64,000 nucleotides of DNA from an uncultured Candidatus Saccharibacteria bacterium (GCA_964436545.1 CAYTCJ010000001.1:14392-78391), one strand, 5' to 3'. Positions 36,707 through 47,267 are shown, numbered from the stretch's first letter. Numbers and translations are program-made. The notes: a model not told the origin generated them from the letters alone.

Positions 36707-37036
36707 ATGCAGAAAGTTGAAGAAAATAACGCTCCCAAAATTCGTATAAAAATTAGAGCTTATGATCATAAGTTAATTGATCAGAGCTGTAAGCAAATTG
36801 TTGATACAGCCAAAAGAAGCGGAGCAAAAATCAGCGGACCCATTCCACTACCTACAGACAAAACCAAATATACGGTTTTGCGTTCTACTTTTGTGCATAA
36901 AGACAGCCGAGAACAATTTGAAATGCGAGTGCATAAGCGTTTAATAGATATTTTAGAAGCCACAGCAAAAACCATAGATTCCTTAACGAATTTGAATTTA
37001 CCGGCCGGAGTAGACGTAGAGATAAAAATGTCGTAG
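36707..37036 (+). CDS. rpsJ: 30S ribosomal protein S10
   Basis: [18 protein letters not shown] and [11 protein letters not shown]. Confidence 0.99.
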   Translation: MQKVEENNAPKIRIKIRAYDHKLIDQSCKQIVDTAKRSGAKISGPIPLPTDKTKYTVLRSTFVHKDSREQFEMRVHKRLIDILEATAKTIDSLTNLNLPAGVDVEIKMS

Positions 37037-37188
37037 GATATTTCCGGTATTAAGTTAATATTTTGTAAACCAGTTCTCATCCATCAAAGTCACAAGGGCT
37101 CGGGTAGATGAGATAACGATTTACTCACATCAATAAAGATAAGCCTTACTTATGTTTATTAGTGCGAGCAAATCAGCTCGTTTTTTTT

Positions 37189-37854
37189 ATGAACTTTGCA
37201 ATTGGCAGAAAAGTGAATATGACCCAAATTTTTGATGCCACCAGTGGTGTGGTTTTGCCTGTGACCGTAATTAAAGTTACGCCCATGGTTATTACTCAAG
37301 TGAAAACCAGCACTGGAAAAGATAAGTACAATGCGGTGCAAGTGGGTGTCGGGTTTAAGAAAAACTTGTCAAAATCTATCACCGGACATGTAAAAAAAGC
37401 CGGCAGTTTTGGCATCATTTCAGAATTTAAAGTTACCGATACTCAAGACTATGCAGTAGGCAAAAAATTAGATTTAAGTGGCTTTCAAGTCGGTGAAGTG
37501 GTTAAAGCAGTGGGAACTTCCAAAGGTAGAGGTTTTCAGGGTGCCATTAAGAGGCATGGCTTTGCCGGTTTTCCGGCCAGTCACGGACACGATAAGCCCA
37601 GAAGCGTAGGGAGTATTGGTCAAAGATGGCCCCAGCACGTTAGAAAAGGTATGCGCATGGCCGGGCACATGGGTAATACTCAAGTTACAGTAAAAAATTT
37701 ACAAGTGGTACAGGTGGATAATAAACACCATTTAATTGCCCTTAAAGGCGCGGTACCCGGAGCTATGAATTCGATTGTAAAAATTATTAGCACCGGTAAA
37801 GTCAAACCTTTGGTAAAAGTGGAAGTGGTTAAGGAAGAGAAAAAGAAGAAGTAA
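37189..37854 (+). CDS. rplC: 50S ribosomal protein L3
   Basis: GRKVNMTQIF, SKGRGFQG and RMAGHMG. Confidence 0.99.
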   Translation: MNFAIGRKVNMTQIFDATSGVVLPVTVIKVTPMVITQVKTSTGKDKYNAVQVGVGFKKNLSKSITGHVKKAGSFGIISEFKVTDTQDYAVGKKLDLSGFQVGEVVKAVGTSKGRGFQGAIKRHGFAGFPASHGHDKPRSVGSIGQRWPQHVRKGMRMAGHMGNTQVTVKNLQVVQVDNKHHLIALKGAVPGAMNSIVKIISTGKVKPLVKVEVVKEEKKKK

Positions 37855-37948
37855 AAAAGTAGTAAGTTGTAAGTGGGTAAGTAGCCAGCCTGACGGCAAG
37901 GCAGGTAAGTACTTACAACTTTACAACTTACTACTTACAACTTGTTAT

Positions 37949-38599
37949 ATGAAAATTCCAGTTTACAATCAACAAGCCGAAGTTGTCGCAGAAATGGATT
38001 TAAATCCTAAGATTTTTGAAGTTAAGCCAAAAGCGCATTTATTGGCCGAAGCGGTGAGAATTCAGCTATCCAATGCCAGACAAGGCGGAGCCAATACTAA
38101 AACTCGAGGTGAAGTAAGAGGTGGGGGTAAAAAACCTTGGAAGCAAAAAGGCACCGGCAGGGCCAGAGCCGGTTCCATAAGAAGTCCGATTTGGCGAGGT
38201 GGGGGTATAACTTTTGGTCCGAAAGCTAACCGAAATTGGGAATTAAAGTTGAACCAGAAAGCCAAGACCCAAGCTCTGTTTATGTCCCTGTCCGATAAAG
38301 CCAAAGAGCAAAAGTTAATTGTTTTAGATAAGTTAACTTTGCCCGAGATGAAGACGAAAGCTTTGGTAAAAATTATGGCAGACTTAAAACAAGGTTTAAA
38401 GACAATGGGGAAAAGTCAGTTGGTGGTGTTATCGGGTAAAGATGAAAACTTAATTAAGTCGGCGCGTAATTTAACTACTGTAAAAACCATTTTTGCCAAG
38501 AACTTGAATTTATTGGAAGTACTTAAAGCCGATACCTTAGTGGTTTTAAAAGATAGCTTGCCGGTAATTGAAAAGACTTATTTAAAGACTAGTAAGTAA
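37949..38599 (+). CDS. rplD: 50S ribosomal protein L4
   Basis: KPWKQKGTGRARAGS. Confidence 0.99.
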   Translation: MKIPVYNQQAEVVAEMDLNPKIFEVKPKAHLLAEAVRIQLSNARQGGANTKTRGEVRGGGKKPWKQKGTGRARAGSIRSPIWRGGGITFGPKANRNWELKLNQKAKTQALFMSLSDKAKEQKLIVLDKLTLPEMKTKALVKIMADLKQGLKTMGKSQLVVLSGKDENLIKSARNLTTVKTIFAKNLNLLEVLKADTLVVLKDSLPVIEKTYLKTSK

Positions 38600-38659
38600 T
38601 AGGTAGTAGGTAGCATTTAGTTCTTTCTAAACGCTATTCCTTAAACGCTAAAAATATTT

Positions 38660-39019
38660 ATGGGATTATTTTCTTCCAAAGATGAAAAGTCAGAAACAGC
38701 AGAAACTAAGGTTTCTGAAGTTAAAGTTGTCTTACCAAAGCAGTCGGCTTTACTAATTCCCAGAATTTCCGAAAAATCCGCTCAAGGGGTAAAGCATCAT
38801 AAATATGTGTTTTTAGTGGCTAAAGGTTTAAATAAAATTGAAGTTAAGAAGACTGTGGAAGCGGAATATAAAGTTAAAGTGGTGATGGTGAATATGGTAA
38901 ATGTCAAAGGTAAAAGTAGGCAGTTTGGCAGATTTCCCGGTAAGACTTCCAGTTTTAAAAAAGCCGTAGTTACTTTAAAAGCCGGTGATAGCATTAAAGG
39001 TTTAACTGAAGGGGTTTAA
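38660..39019 (+). CDS. rplW: 50S ribosomal protein L23
   Basis: PRISEKS, NKIEVK and KKAVVTL; operon position. Confidence 0.97.
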   Translation: MGLFSSKDEKSETAETKVSEVKVVLPKQSALLIPRISEKSAQGVKHHKYVFLVAKGLNKIEVKKTVEAEYKVKVVMVNMVNVKGKSRQFGRFPGKTSSFKKAVVTLKAGDSIKGLTEGV

Positions 39020-39094
39020 ATAGTAAGTAGTGGGTAGTAGGTAGCATTTAGTTCTTTCTAAACGCTACTTACTAAACGCTAACCGCTGATTCAT

Positions 39095-39931
39095 ATGGCC
39101 GTAAAATTATACAATCCAACCAGTCCGGGCAGACGTATCCACAGTGTTACGGATTATTCGATTTTAAAGAAAAAAGTTAAAACACCTAAGTCTTTATTAA
39201 ATTCCAAAGCCAGACCGGCGGGTAGAAATCATTCCGGAAAAATTACTGTTCGTCATCAGGGTGGTGGGCACAGAAGAATTATGAGGACTGTGGATTTTTC
39301 CAGAAACGATAAGTTAGACATTCCCGCTAAAGTTCAAACCGTAGAATATGATCCCACTCGCACTGCTTTTATTTCTTTAGTAGCTTATAAAGACGGCGAG
39401 AAGCGATATATTTTATCACCGAGTGGTTTAAAAGTTGGCGATACGGTAGTGTATAGTCCAAAAGCCGATATTCATCCAGGCAATCGTTTGCCCATAAAAA
39501 ATATTCCAGTAGGAACTTTTATTCACGACATTGAACTTATCCCCGGCGCTGGGGGTAAGGTGGCAAAATCAGCTGGGGCTTATGCTATACTGCAAACGAT
39601 AGAAGCCGGTCACGCTTTACTTAAAATGCCTTCCAGTGAAATTAGAAAAGTGAATGAAAACTGTTTAGCCAGTATTGGTCAGATGTCAAATATAGATTGG
39701 ATGAATGTCCGTATTGGAAAAGCTGGTAGAAGCAGGCATATGGGCTGGAGACCAACAGTAAGAGGAAAAGTTATGAACCCGGTAGACCACCCACACGGTG
39801 GTGGTGAAGGTGTAAACCCGATTGGGCTTAAATATCCGAAAACCCCTTGGGGTAAACATGCTTTGGGTGTTAAAACTAGAGATAAGAAGAAGTATTCTAA
39901 TAAATTTATTATAAAGAGAAGAAGTAAATAG
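39095..39931 (+). CDS. rplB: 50S ribosomal protein L2
   Basis: [13 protein letters not shown]. Confidence 0.99.
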   Translation: MAVKLYNPTSPGRRIHSVTDYSILKKKVKTPKSLLNSKARPAGRNHSGKITVRHQGGGHRRIMRTVDFSRNDKLDIPAKVQTVEYDPTRTAFISLVAYKDGEKRYILSPSGLKVGDTVVYSPKADIHPGNRLPIKNIPVGTFIHDIELIPGAGGKVAKSAGAYAILQTIEAGHALLKMPSSEIRKVNENCLASIGQMSNIDWMNVRIGKAGRSRHMGWRPTVRGKVMNPVDHPHGGGEGVNPIGLKYPKTPWGKHALGVKTRDKKKYSNKFIIKRRSK

Positions 39932-40023
39932 TTTACAGATACACAGATAACACGGAATATACAGATTTATATTGAATAAATTTGTATCCGTGATATCTGT
40001 GAAATCCGTGAATCAGTGAACAT

Positions 40024-40353
40024 ATGTCACGATCATCTAAAAAAGGACCATATATAGACCAGAGGCTGTTAAAAAAAGTCTTAAATGCTAAGCGAGGCGC
40101 TCAGATTAAAACCTGGTCGCGCGATTGCACTATTGCTCCGGAATTTGTTGGGTTTACTTTTTTAGTTCATAATGGCCGAAAGCATATTGATGTGTACGTG
40201 ACAGAGAATATGGTTGGACATAAGTTAGGTGAATTTGCTTTAACTCGTAAGTTTACCAGACACGGTGGTAAGATGGCGAAAGAACAAGAAATGGCTGCCG
40301 CAGCTGCAGAAAAAGCCAAATTAGAAGCCAGTAAGGAGCCTGTAAAGAAGTAA
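40024..40353 (+). CDS. rpsS: 30S ribosomal protein S19 with a C-terminal extension
   Basis: [15 protein letters not shown] and GHKLGEF. Confidence 0.99.
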   Translation: MSRSSKKGPYIDQRLLKKVLNAKRGAQIKTWSRDCTIAPEFVGFTFLVHNGRKHIDVYVTENMVGHKLGEFALTRKFTRHGGKMAKEQEMAAAAAEKAKLEASKEPVKK

Positions 40354-40444
40354 GTGCATGTTAACATGCAATCATCCTAACATCTTATCATCAGAAATAG
40401 CAGTTGTTAGAATGTTAAAATGATAGAATGTTTAAATGAGTTAT

Positions 40445-41023
40445 ATGACAAAAGAACAACAGTTAAAAACTGAATCAGTAAAACTTGTTAAGGCATTTGC
40501 CCGCGATCTTAGAATTGCCCCTAGAAAAATTCGTTTAGTGGCAAATTTGGTTAAGGGTATGAATGTTAATTCAGCTATGGTTCAACTTCAGCATATGCAC
40601 CAAAAAGCCGCTCCAATGGTGGCCAGATTAATTAAGAGTGCTATAGCTAATGCCAAAAATAATTTTTCTTTAGATACTGATAAATTGTTTGTTCACAGTA
40701 TTACAGCTGACATGGGTAAATCTATGAAGAGATATTTTCCCAGAGCGAGAGGCAGTGCTTTTGTTATCCGCCGAAAGTTATCTCATTTAAATGTAGTTTT
40801 AGTAGAGAAAAATGCAGGTAAAGGCAGTAAAGTAAAATTAGATTTATTTAAGAAAAAAGCCGAGCACAAAGATTCACATAATATAGATAAAGAGGAAGCG
40901 GTAAATACTCCTGTGCCCAAAGTGTTAGGTAAAAAGAGCGAAGTGTTTAAGACTGAACAGCAAGTGAAGTTGAATCAAGCCCAAAACAAGCGAAGATTAT
41001 TTAATCGAAAGAGCGGAGAATAA
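40445..41023 (+). CDS. rplV: 50S ribosomal protein L22 with a ~70 aa C-terminal extension
   Basis: RIAPRKIRLV, SAIANA and PRARG. Confidence 0.98.
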   Translation: MTKEQQLKTESVKLVKAFARDLRIAPRKIRLVANLVKGMNVNSAMVQLQHMHQKAAPMVARLIKSAIANAKNNFSLDTDKLFVHSITADMGKSMKRYFPRARGSAFVIRRKLSHLNVVLVEKNAGKGSKVKLDLFKKKAEHKDSHNIDKEEAVNTPVPKVLGKKSEVFKTEQQVKLNQAQNKRRLFNRKSGE

Positions 41024-41104
41024 TTAATAGTCAAAAAGCGATTAGCAAATAGTGATTAGGATAAGATACTACTCACTAAGCACTACTCACTAAGCACTAA
41101 TTTT

Positions 41105-41779
41105 ATGGGTCATAAGATCAATCCAACATCAATAAGAATGAAAATCACCGAGGACTGGAAGTCCCGCTGGTTTGCTAAGCCCGCTCAATTTTCTAAAGTT
41201 TTGGCAGAAGATGCCAAGATTAGAGAGTATTTGGAAAAGCATTTAAAGAAAGCCGGTTTAGTAAGATTAGATATTGAACGAACCAATAAAGGCACAGTGA
41301 CAATTACAGTCAAGACAACTAAGCCCGGGTTAATTATTGGTAAAGGTGGAGCTGGAATCGAAGAATTGAAGAAAAAGATTAAGCAAAAATTAAGAATTCA
41401 AACTGAGCTAAAAGTAAATATAGAAGAAGTCCGCGATATTAATTTACAAGCAATGGCAATTGCTAATTCCATTGCCGAACAAATTGAGAAACGAGTTGCC
41501 TTTAGAAAACTCATGAAGCAATCTTTGGAGCAAATTATGAATGCTGGTGCAAGAGGTGCTAAGGTGGCGATTGGTGGAAGATTAAACGGAGCGGAAATTG
41601 CCAGAACCGAACATTTGTCGCAAGGTAAAATTCCTTTACACACTTTAAGAGCCAATATCGATTTTGCGAGAAGTACTGCTTTTACCACTTACGGCACAGT
41701 TGGCATTAAAGTCTGGATTTATAAAGGAGATGTGTTTGAGGAAAAAAATCAAAATTCAAAAATTAAAATTCAAAATTAA
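41105..41779 (+). CDS. rpsC: 30S ribosomal protein S3
   Basis: MGHKINP, GRLNGAEIAR and PLHTLRANID. Confidence 0.99.
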   Translation: MGHKINPTSIRMKITEDWKSRWFAKPAQFSKVLAEDAKIREYLEKHLKKAGLVRLDIERTNKGTVTITVKTTKPGLIIGKGGAGIEELKKKIKQKLRIQTELKVNIEEVRDINLQAMAIANSIAEQIEKRVAFRKLMKQSLEQIMNAGARGAKVAIGGRLNGAEIARTEHLSQGKIPLHTLRANIDFARSTAFTTYGTVGIKVWIYKGDVFEEKNQNSKIKIQN

Positions 41780-41845
41780 AGAGTTTTGTCGAAGGCAAAA
41801 CACCTAAATTTTACAGTTTGATATTTACATTTTAAATTATTTTTT

Positions 41846-42250
41846 ATGTTCATACCGAAGAAACTTAAACACCGCAAACACCATCGCGGTCATACCAAGG
41901 GTCAAGCCAATGCCGGGGCGACTATTGCTTTTGGGCAGTTTGCCTTAAAAGCCATAGAAAGTTCATGGGTGACTGCCAGGCAAATTGAGTCAGCCAGACG
42001 CGCTATGACTCGTTATGTGCAACGAGGGGGTAAGATTTGGATTAGACTTTTTGCCGATAAACCGGTGACAGTGCACGGTAATGAAAGCCCCATGGGTGGA
42101 GGTAAAGGTGCGGTAGACCATTTTGTTTCCGTGGTAAAGAAAGGTAAAATTTTATTTGAAATGGACGGCGTCACTCGCGAACAAGCCGAAGAAGCCATGA
42201 GACTCGCCAGTTATAAATTGCCGGTAAAGACTAAGTTTTTAGTTAAATAA
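41846..42250 (+). CDS. rplP: 50S ribosomal protein L16
   Basis: [16 protein letters not shown] and KLPVKT. Confidence 0.99.
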   Translation: MFIPKKLKHRKHHRGHTKGQANAGATIAFGQFALKAIESSWVTARQIESARRAMTRYVQRGGKIWIRLFADKPVTVHGNESPMGGGKGAVDHFVSVVKKGKILFEMDGVTREQAEEAMRLASYKLPVKTKFLVK

Positions 42251-42270
42251 TGTTTTAAAGAGTTTATTCT

Positions 42271-42450
42271 ATGAAATTTAATGAATTGAAAATTAAATCT
42301 AAGGAAGAATTGGTAGTCCTGCTTAAGGATTTAAAGAAGCAAATGGCGGAATTATCCGTTAAATTGAAGCTGAATCAGGAAAAGCAAAACCATAAATTAA
42401 AAGTGTTAAAAAAAGATATTGCCAGAGTTATGACAATTTTACAGTATTAA
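42271..42450 (+). CDS. rpmC: 50S ribosomal protein L29
   Basis: Read by hand: MKFNELKIKSKEEL...LKKDIARVMTIL, 59 aa, canonical position. Confidence 0.95.
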   Translation: MKFNELKIKSKEELVVLLKDLKKQMAELSVKLKLNQEKQNHKLKVLKKDIARVMTILQY

Positions 42451-42462
42451 TTTTTTGAATAT

Positions 42463-42708
42463 ATGGATACAATTTCTCAAAAACAACAAATGCGAGGACT
42501 GGTAATTTCCAATAAGATGGATAAAACCGTAGTCGTGAAGGTGGATATTCGGAAGCGACACCCCAAGTATAAAAAGTCCTACACAGTTTCCAGGAAGTTT
42601 AAAGCTCACGATGCCAATAACGAGTACCAAATTGGAGATAAAGTAGTCATTGAAGCCACCCGGCCCATTAGTAAAGAGAAGAAATTTAAAGTATTAAGTA
42701 AAATATAG
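42463..42708 (+). CDS. rpsQ: 30S ribosomal protein S17
   Basis: SNKMDKTVVV, HPKYKK and TRPISK. Confidence 0.99.
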   Translation: MDTISQKQQMRGLVISNKMDKTVVVKVDIRKRHPKYKKSYTVSRKFKAHDANNEYQIGDKVVIEATRPISKEKKFKVLSKI

Positions 42709-42779
42709 CCTTGAGTAAGTAGTGGGTAGCATTTAGTTACCGGCTACTCACTAATTGCTACTCACTAATCGCTAATTCT

Positions 42780-43172
42780 ATGTTACAAGTAAGAAGTTGG
42801 ATTAAAATAGCAGACAACACCGGCGCGAGAGTCGTTAATGTTTTTAGCGTGAATGGAAAAAATAAGAATCGTTATGCTCGAGTGGGAAGTATTGTCGCGG
42901 GAAGTGTAAAAGTGGCAGATCCTAACAGCGGTTATAAAAAAGGTGATAAAGTCTATGCTTTAATTGTGCGAACCAGAAAAGAAATGAGACGTAAAGATGG
43001 TTCTTATATAAGATTTGATGAAAATGCCGGCGTGCTGGTTAGTAAAGAATCCGGTGAGCCCAAAGGGACACGTATTTTTGGTCCCATTCCGAGAGAAGTT
43101 AAAGAGTTTGCTTTGGGTGAATTTGAAGACGGACTTAAAAAGATTTTATCCTTAGCTCCAGAAGTAATTTAA
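42780..43172 (+). CDS. rplN: 50S ribosomal protein L14
   Basis: ADNTGA, IRFDENA and GTRIFGP. Confidence 0.99.
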   Translation: MLQVRSWIKIADNTGARVVNVFSVNGKNKNRYARVGSIVAGSVKVADPNSGYKKGDKVYALIVRTRKEMRRKDGSYIRFDENAGVLVSKESGEPKGTRIFGPIPREVKEFALGEFEDGLKKILSLAPEVI

Positions 43173-43271
43173 AACGCCGATATGACGCTGAATTAAACAA
43201 ACCGCTGAACTAACGCGGAAAACATCAGCGACATTCAGTGTATTAATCAGCGATTAATTAGCGGTATAAAT

Positions 43272-43589
43272 ATGAATAAATTAAGATTAAAAAAAGGTGA
43301 TTCGGTAAAGGTGTTATCGGGCAAAGATAAAGGGAAGACCGGAAAGATTTTGGAAGTTTTGCCTAAAATTTTTAAAGTGGTAGTAGAAGGTGTCAACACC
43401 CATACTCGTTTTGAAAAGAGTAAAAAGGCCGGGCAACCGGGTAAAAAGGTTGAATTTTTTTCTCCTTTACCAATTAGCAAGGTTCAGTTGTTAGACCCGG
43501 ATTCCGGTAAGCCAACCCGAGTGGGTTATAACCTATTAGAGAATAAAACTAAAGAGCGGATTGCAAAAGTAAGTAAGAAAGTAATATAA
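43272..43589 (+). CDS. rplX: 50S ribosomal protein L24
   Basis: KKGDSVKVLSGKDKGKTG KOW motif. Confidence 0.99.
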   Translation: MNKLRLKKGDSVKVLSGKDKGKTGKILEVLPKIFKVVVEGVNTHTRFEKSKKAGQPGKKVEFFSPLPISKVQLLDPDSGKPTRVGYNLLENKTKERIAKVSKKVI

Positions 43590-43661
43590 AAGTAGTAAGT
43601 TGTAAGTTAGTAAGTAGTAAGTACTTACAACCTACAACTTACCAACTTACAACTATCACAT

Positions 43662-44201
43662 ATGGAAAGATTGCAAGCAAAATATAATAAGGAAATTATT
43701 CCAGCTTTAACCACTAAGTTTGGTTTTAAGAATGTTATGGAAGTGCCAAAAATTGTTAAGGTGGTTTTGAATGTGGGCTTGGGGAAAATTAAAGAAGATA
43801 AAAAGAAGATCGATTTAACTTTTGAAGATGTAAAGAAAATTGCCGGACAGTCGCCGGTTAAAACCAAAGCCAGAAAATCCATTTCCGGTTTTAAAGTTAG
43901 AGAGAATCAAGTGGTGGGTTTAATGTGCACTTTACGCGGATACAGAATGTATAGTTTTTTGGATAAATTAATTAACGTGGCGTTGCCTCGCGTAAGAGAT
44001 TTTCAAGGCGTATCGGCCGAGGGGTTTGACGGCAGAGGCAATTATCATTTGGGTATGAAAGAACAGATTGTGTTTCCCGAAGTGCCGGCTGACTCCTTAG
44101 AAAATATTTTTGGTTTTGAAATTTCCATAGTTACTAACGCGCATAAAGATGAACCGGCAAGAGAGTTATTAAAATTAATGGGTTTCCCTTTTAAGAAGTA
44201 G
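43662..44201 (+). CDS. rplE: 50S ribosomal protein L5
   Basis: LPRVRDFQG and FDGRGNY. Confidence 0.99.
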   Translation: MERLQAKYNKEIIPALTTKFGFKNVMEVPKIVKVVLNVGLGKIKEDKKKIDLTFEDVKKIAGQSPVKTKARKSISGFKVRENQVVGLMCTLRGYRMYSFLDKLINVALPRVRDFQGVSAEGFDGRGNYHLGMKEQIVFPEVPADSLENIFGFEISIVTNAHKDEPARELLKLMGFPFKK

Positions 44202-44286
44202 TAAGTTGTAAGTGGGTAAGTAGCCTGCCTGACGGCAAGGCAGGTAAGTACTTACAACTTTACAACTTAGAACTTACAACTAAGTT

Positions 44287-44481
44287 ATGGCTACACAAGC
44301 TCAAATCGCCAAATCATTAAGAAGCAGAAAAAAACCCAAGTTTTCCACGCGGGTAGTAAGACGTTGTTTTAGATGCGGTAGAAAAGCCGGCTACATTCGA
44401 GATTTTGATTTATGCAGAATCTGTTTTAGAGAAATGGCCAGTCGGGGGGAAATTCCGGGAATCGTTAAAGCAAGTTGGTAA
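44287..44481 (+). CDS. rpsZ: 30S ribosomal protein S14, zinc-binding type Z
   Basis: RCFRCGR...LCRICFRE...KASW. Confidence 0.97.
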   Translation: MATQAQIAKSLRSRKKPKFSTRVVRRCFRCGRKAGYIRDFDLCRICFREMASRGEIPGIVKASW

Positions 44482-44580
44482 TTAAATATAAGAGATAAGA
44501 GAATAGTGAATTGAGAATAGAAAAAGAATTGGTTTCTCCTAATCACTAATCACTAAGCACTAATAACTAAGTAATAAATT

Positions 44581-44973
44581 ATGTTTACCGATCCAATTTC
44601 CGACATGTTAACCAGAATAAGAAACTCTGTAGTCGCTAAAAAAAGCGAAGTGGTTTTGCCTTTTTCAAAATTTAAAAAAGCTTTAGCTGAAGTTTTGGTT
44701 AAAGAAGGCTTTGTTAAATCGGTGAAGGAATTGGCAGGTGAACATAAAATGTTAGCTTTAGAATTAAAATATTCCAGTGAAGGTGAGCCGGTAATTTCAG
44801 GTATTAAGCGAGTCAGCAAGCCCGGACAAAGAATTTATTTGCCTTTTATTAAAATCCCCAGAACCAATAGTGGCTTTGGTGTTACGATAGTTTCCACCTC
44901 TAAAGGTTTATTTACCGATAAAGAAGCTAGAAAGTTAAAGATGGGGGGCGAAGTAATTTGTCAGGTTTGGTAG
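44581..44973 (+). CDS. rpsH: 30S ribosomal protein S8
   Basis: DPISDMLTRIRN and SKPGQRIY. Confidence 0.99.
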   Translation: MFTDPISDMLTRIRNSVVAKKSEVVLPFSKFKKALAEVLVKEGFVKSVKELAGEHKMLALELKYSSEGEPVISGIKRVSKPGQRIYLPFIKIPRTNSGFGVTIVSTSKGLFTDKEARKLKMGGEVICQVW

Positions 44974-45070
44974 AAAATGCAAAATTATAGAGTGCTTCGC
45001 GACATTTAATAGAACAGTTCCGAAGGAACAACTAAATTTTACACTTTGATTTTTAAACTTTAAATTATAT

Positions 45071-45625
45071 ATGAGCAGAATAGGCAAAAAACCAGTAGTT
45101 ATCCCCAGTGGCGTTAAGGTAGAACTTAAGGACCTTGAGTTAAAGGTGTCCGGACCAAAAGGCAATTTGCAAATGCAGGTTCATCCACAAGTAAAGGTGA
45201 CGGCCAACGATAAAGAAGTATTGGTGGATGTGGCGGATAAAGCCAATAAAAAACAGAAGGCATTATGGGGTCTTACCCGTTCTTTAATCCAAAATTTAGT
45301 GGATGGGGTTAACAAAGGTTTTGAGAAAAAATTAGAAGTGAACGGAGTGGGTTTTAAAGTGGTGGCTACGGGAGCCAAACTTACTCTCTCTTTGGGTTTT
45401 TCTCATCCGATTGAAATGACAGCCCCCGCTGGTGTTACTGTGGCAGTAGAAAAAAATCTAATTACCATTTCCGGTGCCGATAAGCAAAAAGTTGGTCAAT
45501 TTGCCGCTGAAGTTCGCGAGTTAAAGAAACCTGAACCGTATAAAGGCAAAGGCATAAAGTATCTCGATGAAGTGATTCAAAGAAAAGCCGGAAAAGTCGT
45601 GAAAGTGGTAGGAGGCGGGAAGTAA
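45071..45625 (+). CDS. rplF: 50S ribosomal protein L6
   Basis: MSRIGKKP and PEPYKGKG. Confidence 0.99.
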   Translation: MSRIGKKPVVIPSGVKVELKDLELKVSGPKGNLQMQVHPQVKVTANDKEVLVDVADKANKKQKALWGLTRSLIQNLVDGVNKGFEKKLEVNGVGFKVVATGAKLTLSLGFSHPIEMTAPAGVTVAVEKNLITISGADKQKVGQFAAEVRELKKPEPYKGKGIKYLDEVIQRKAGKVVKVVGGGK

Positions 45626-45718
45626 ACAGTAGTAAGTTGTAAGTTAGTAAGTAGCCTGCCTGACGGCAAGGCAGGTAAGTGCTTACAACTTTACAACTTA
45701 GTACTTACAACTAATTAT

Positions 45719-46072
45719 ATGAACAAGAACAAGCAAAAAAATATTAAGCGAATAATTCGACACAATCGGGTAAGAGCCAAGATTGCGGGCACGGCTACTG
45801 TGCCTAGACTTTCGGTTTTTAGAAGTCAAGGACACATTTACGCACAAATTATAGATGATGTAACCGGAAAAACTTTGGTTTCCGCCAATAGTCAGAAATT
45901 GGGCTTAAAGTTAAAAAAGAGCGAGATTGCCAAAGAAGTAGGCAAAAATGTGGCCAATTTGGCTTTAAAGCAAAATATTGCTACAGTAGTTTATGATAGA
46001 GGCGGGTATAAATATCACGGTAGAGTGAAAGCTTTAGCCGAAGGTGCTCGGGAAGTAGGACTTAAGTTTTAA
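45719..46072 (+). CDS. rplR: 50S ribosomal protein L18
   Basis: PRLSVFRS and [11 protein letters not shown]. Confidence 0.99.
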   Translation: MNKNKQKNIKRIIRHNRVRAKIAGTATVPRLSVFRSQGHIYAQIIDDVTGKTLVSANSQKLGLKLKKSEIAKEVGKNVANLALKQNIATVVYDRGGYKYHGRVKALAEGAREVGLKF

Positions 46073-46179
46073 TCAATCAAATCCTCGAATAAAACGAATC
46101 CGCGAATGTGTACAAATATAAGTATTCGCAAATTCGGAATCACTCGTAGATTTGTCTAATTTGTATATTTGTTATATTT

Positions 46180-46686
46180 ATGGAAAAAAGACGAAGACAA
46201 CAGAATAAAGACGGCGAACAAGCCCAAGAAAGAAGCGAGTTTGACCAAAAAGTTGTAGAGGTTAAAAGAGTAACTCGGGTTATGGCCGGGGGTAAGAGAA
46301 TGCGTTTTAGGGCTTTAGTCGTGATTGGGGATCATAAGGGCCGAGTGGGAGCGGGTTTAAGAAAAGGTATGGATTTCTCCGATAGCGTAGCCAAAGCTAC
46401 TGCCGCTGCCAAAAAAGAGTTAATTAGTTTGCCTCTAGTAAACGGGACCATTCCCCATATGGTTAACATTAAATATAAATCCAGCAAATTAGCTTTAATG
46501 CCTGCCAAAGCCGGTAGCGGGGTAATTGCCGGAGGTGCCATTCGAAGCGTAATGGAATTGGCCGGTGTAAAGAATGTGGTAAGTAAAATGTTAGGCTCCA
46601 ATAATAAAGTTAATAATGTTAAAGCGGTATTTGAAGCTTTTAAGCAAATGAAGAGCAAAGCGGATATTAGTAAAATGCGCAAGTAA
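46180..46686 (+). CDS. rpsE: 30S ribosomal protein S5
   Basis: RVTRVMAGGKRMRF and GSGVIAGG. Confidence 0.99.
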   Translation: MEKRRRQQNKDGEQAQERSEFDQKVVEVKRVTRVMAGGKRMRFRALVVIGDHKGRVGAGLRKGMDFSDSVAKATAAAKKELISLPLVNGTIPHMVNIKYKSSKLALMPAKAGSGVIAGGAIRSVMELAGVKNVVSKMLGSNNKVNNVKAVFEAFKQMKSKADISKMRK

Positions 46687-46763
46687 TTACTTAGCATTTA
46701 GTAAGTAGTAGGTAGCATTTAGCTTCCGCTATTCACTAAACGCTACTCACTAAACGTTATTCT

Positions 46764-47198
46764 ATGATTAAATTACATCAACTTAAAAAACATCCAAAAT
46801 CTACGCACCGAAGAAAAGTTGTGGGACGCGGTTTGGGTAGCGGACACGGCACTTATTCCACTCGAGGGGGGAAAGGTCAAACGGCTAGAACCGGACATAG
46901 TAAAATGCCGGCTAATTTTGAAGGCGGTCGTCAACCCTTGGTAAGACAAATGCCTAAATTAAGAGGTTTTAGTGCTTTAAGCGACAAGCATGCGATTTTG
47001 GCTTTAGATGAGTTAAATGTTTTTGCGGATAATGATATAATTGATTTACCCGCTTTAAAGCAAAAAAAGTTAGTCGATGCCAATGTGAGTAAAGTAAAAA
47101 TTTTACAAGGTGAAATCAAAAAGAAATTAAACATCAAATTACCGATTTCCGCATCAGCTAAATTGGCGGTAGAAAAGCTCGGCGGGAAAATTTTATAA
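46764..47198 (+). CDS. rplO: 50S ribosomal protein L15
   Basis: GRGLGSGHG, KGQTAR and FEGGRQPL. Confidence 0.99.
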   Translation: MIKLHQLKKHPKSTHRRKVVGRGLGSGHGTYSTRGGKGQTARTGHSKMPANFEGGRQPLVRQMPKLRGFSALSDKHAILALDELNVFADNDIIDLPALKQKKLVDANVSKVKILQGEIKKKLNIKLPISASAKLAVEKLGGKIL

Positions 47199-47267
47199 GA
47201 GCGAGTAGGGCTTAGCGGATAGGGTATGGAAACCTAAACGCTAAATGCTACACGCTAAACGCTAAAA

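Larger units (their letters stand above)
37855..47267. repeat. Series of imperfect inverted repeats built from 7-9 nt units in the S10-spc intergenic spacers
   Basis: e.g. AGTAAGT/ACTTAC(A/T) at 37855-37945, 43590-43655, 44199-44283 and 45628-45712; TAGCATT/AACGCTA at 38600-38650, 39020-39087, 46691-46760 and 47199-47263. Confidence 0.85.
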
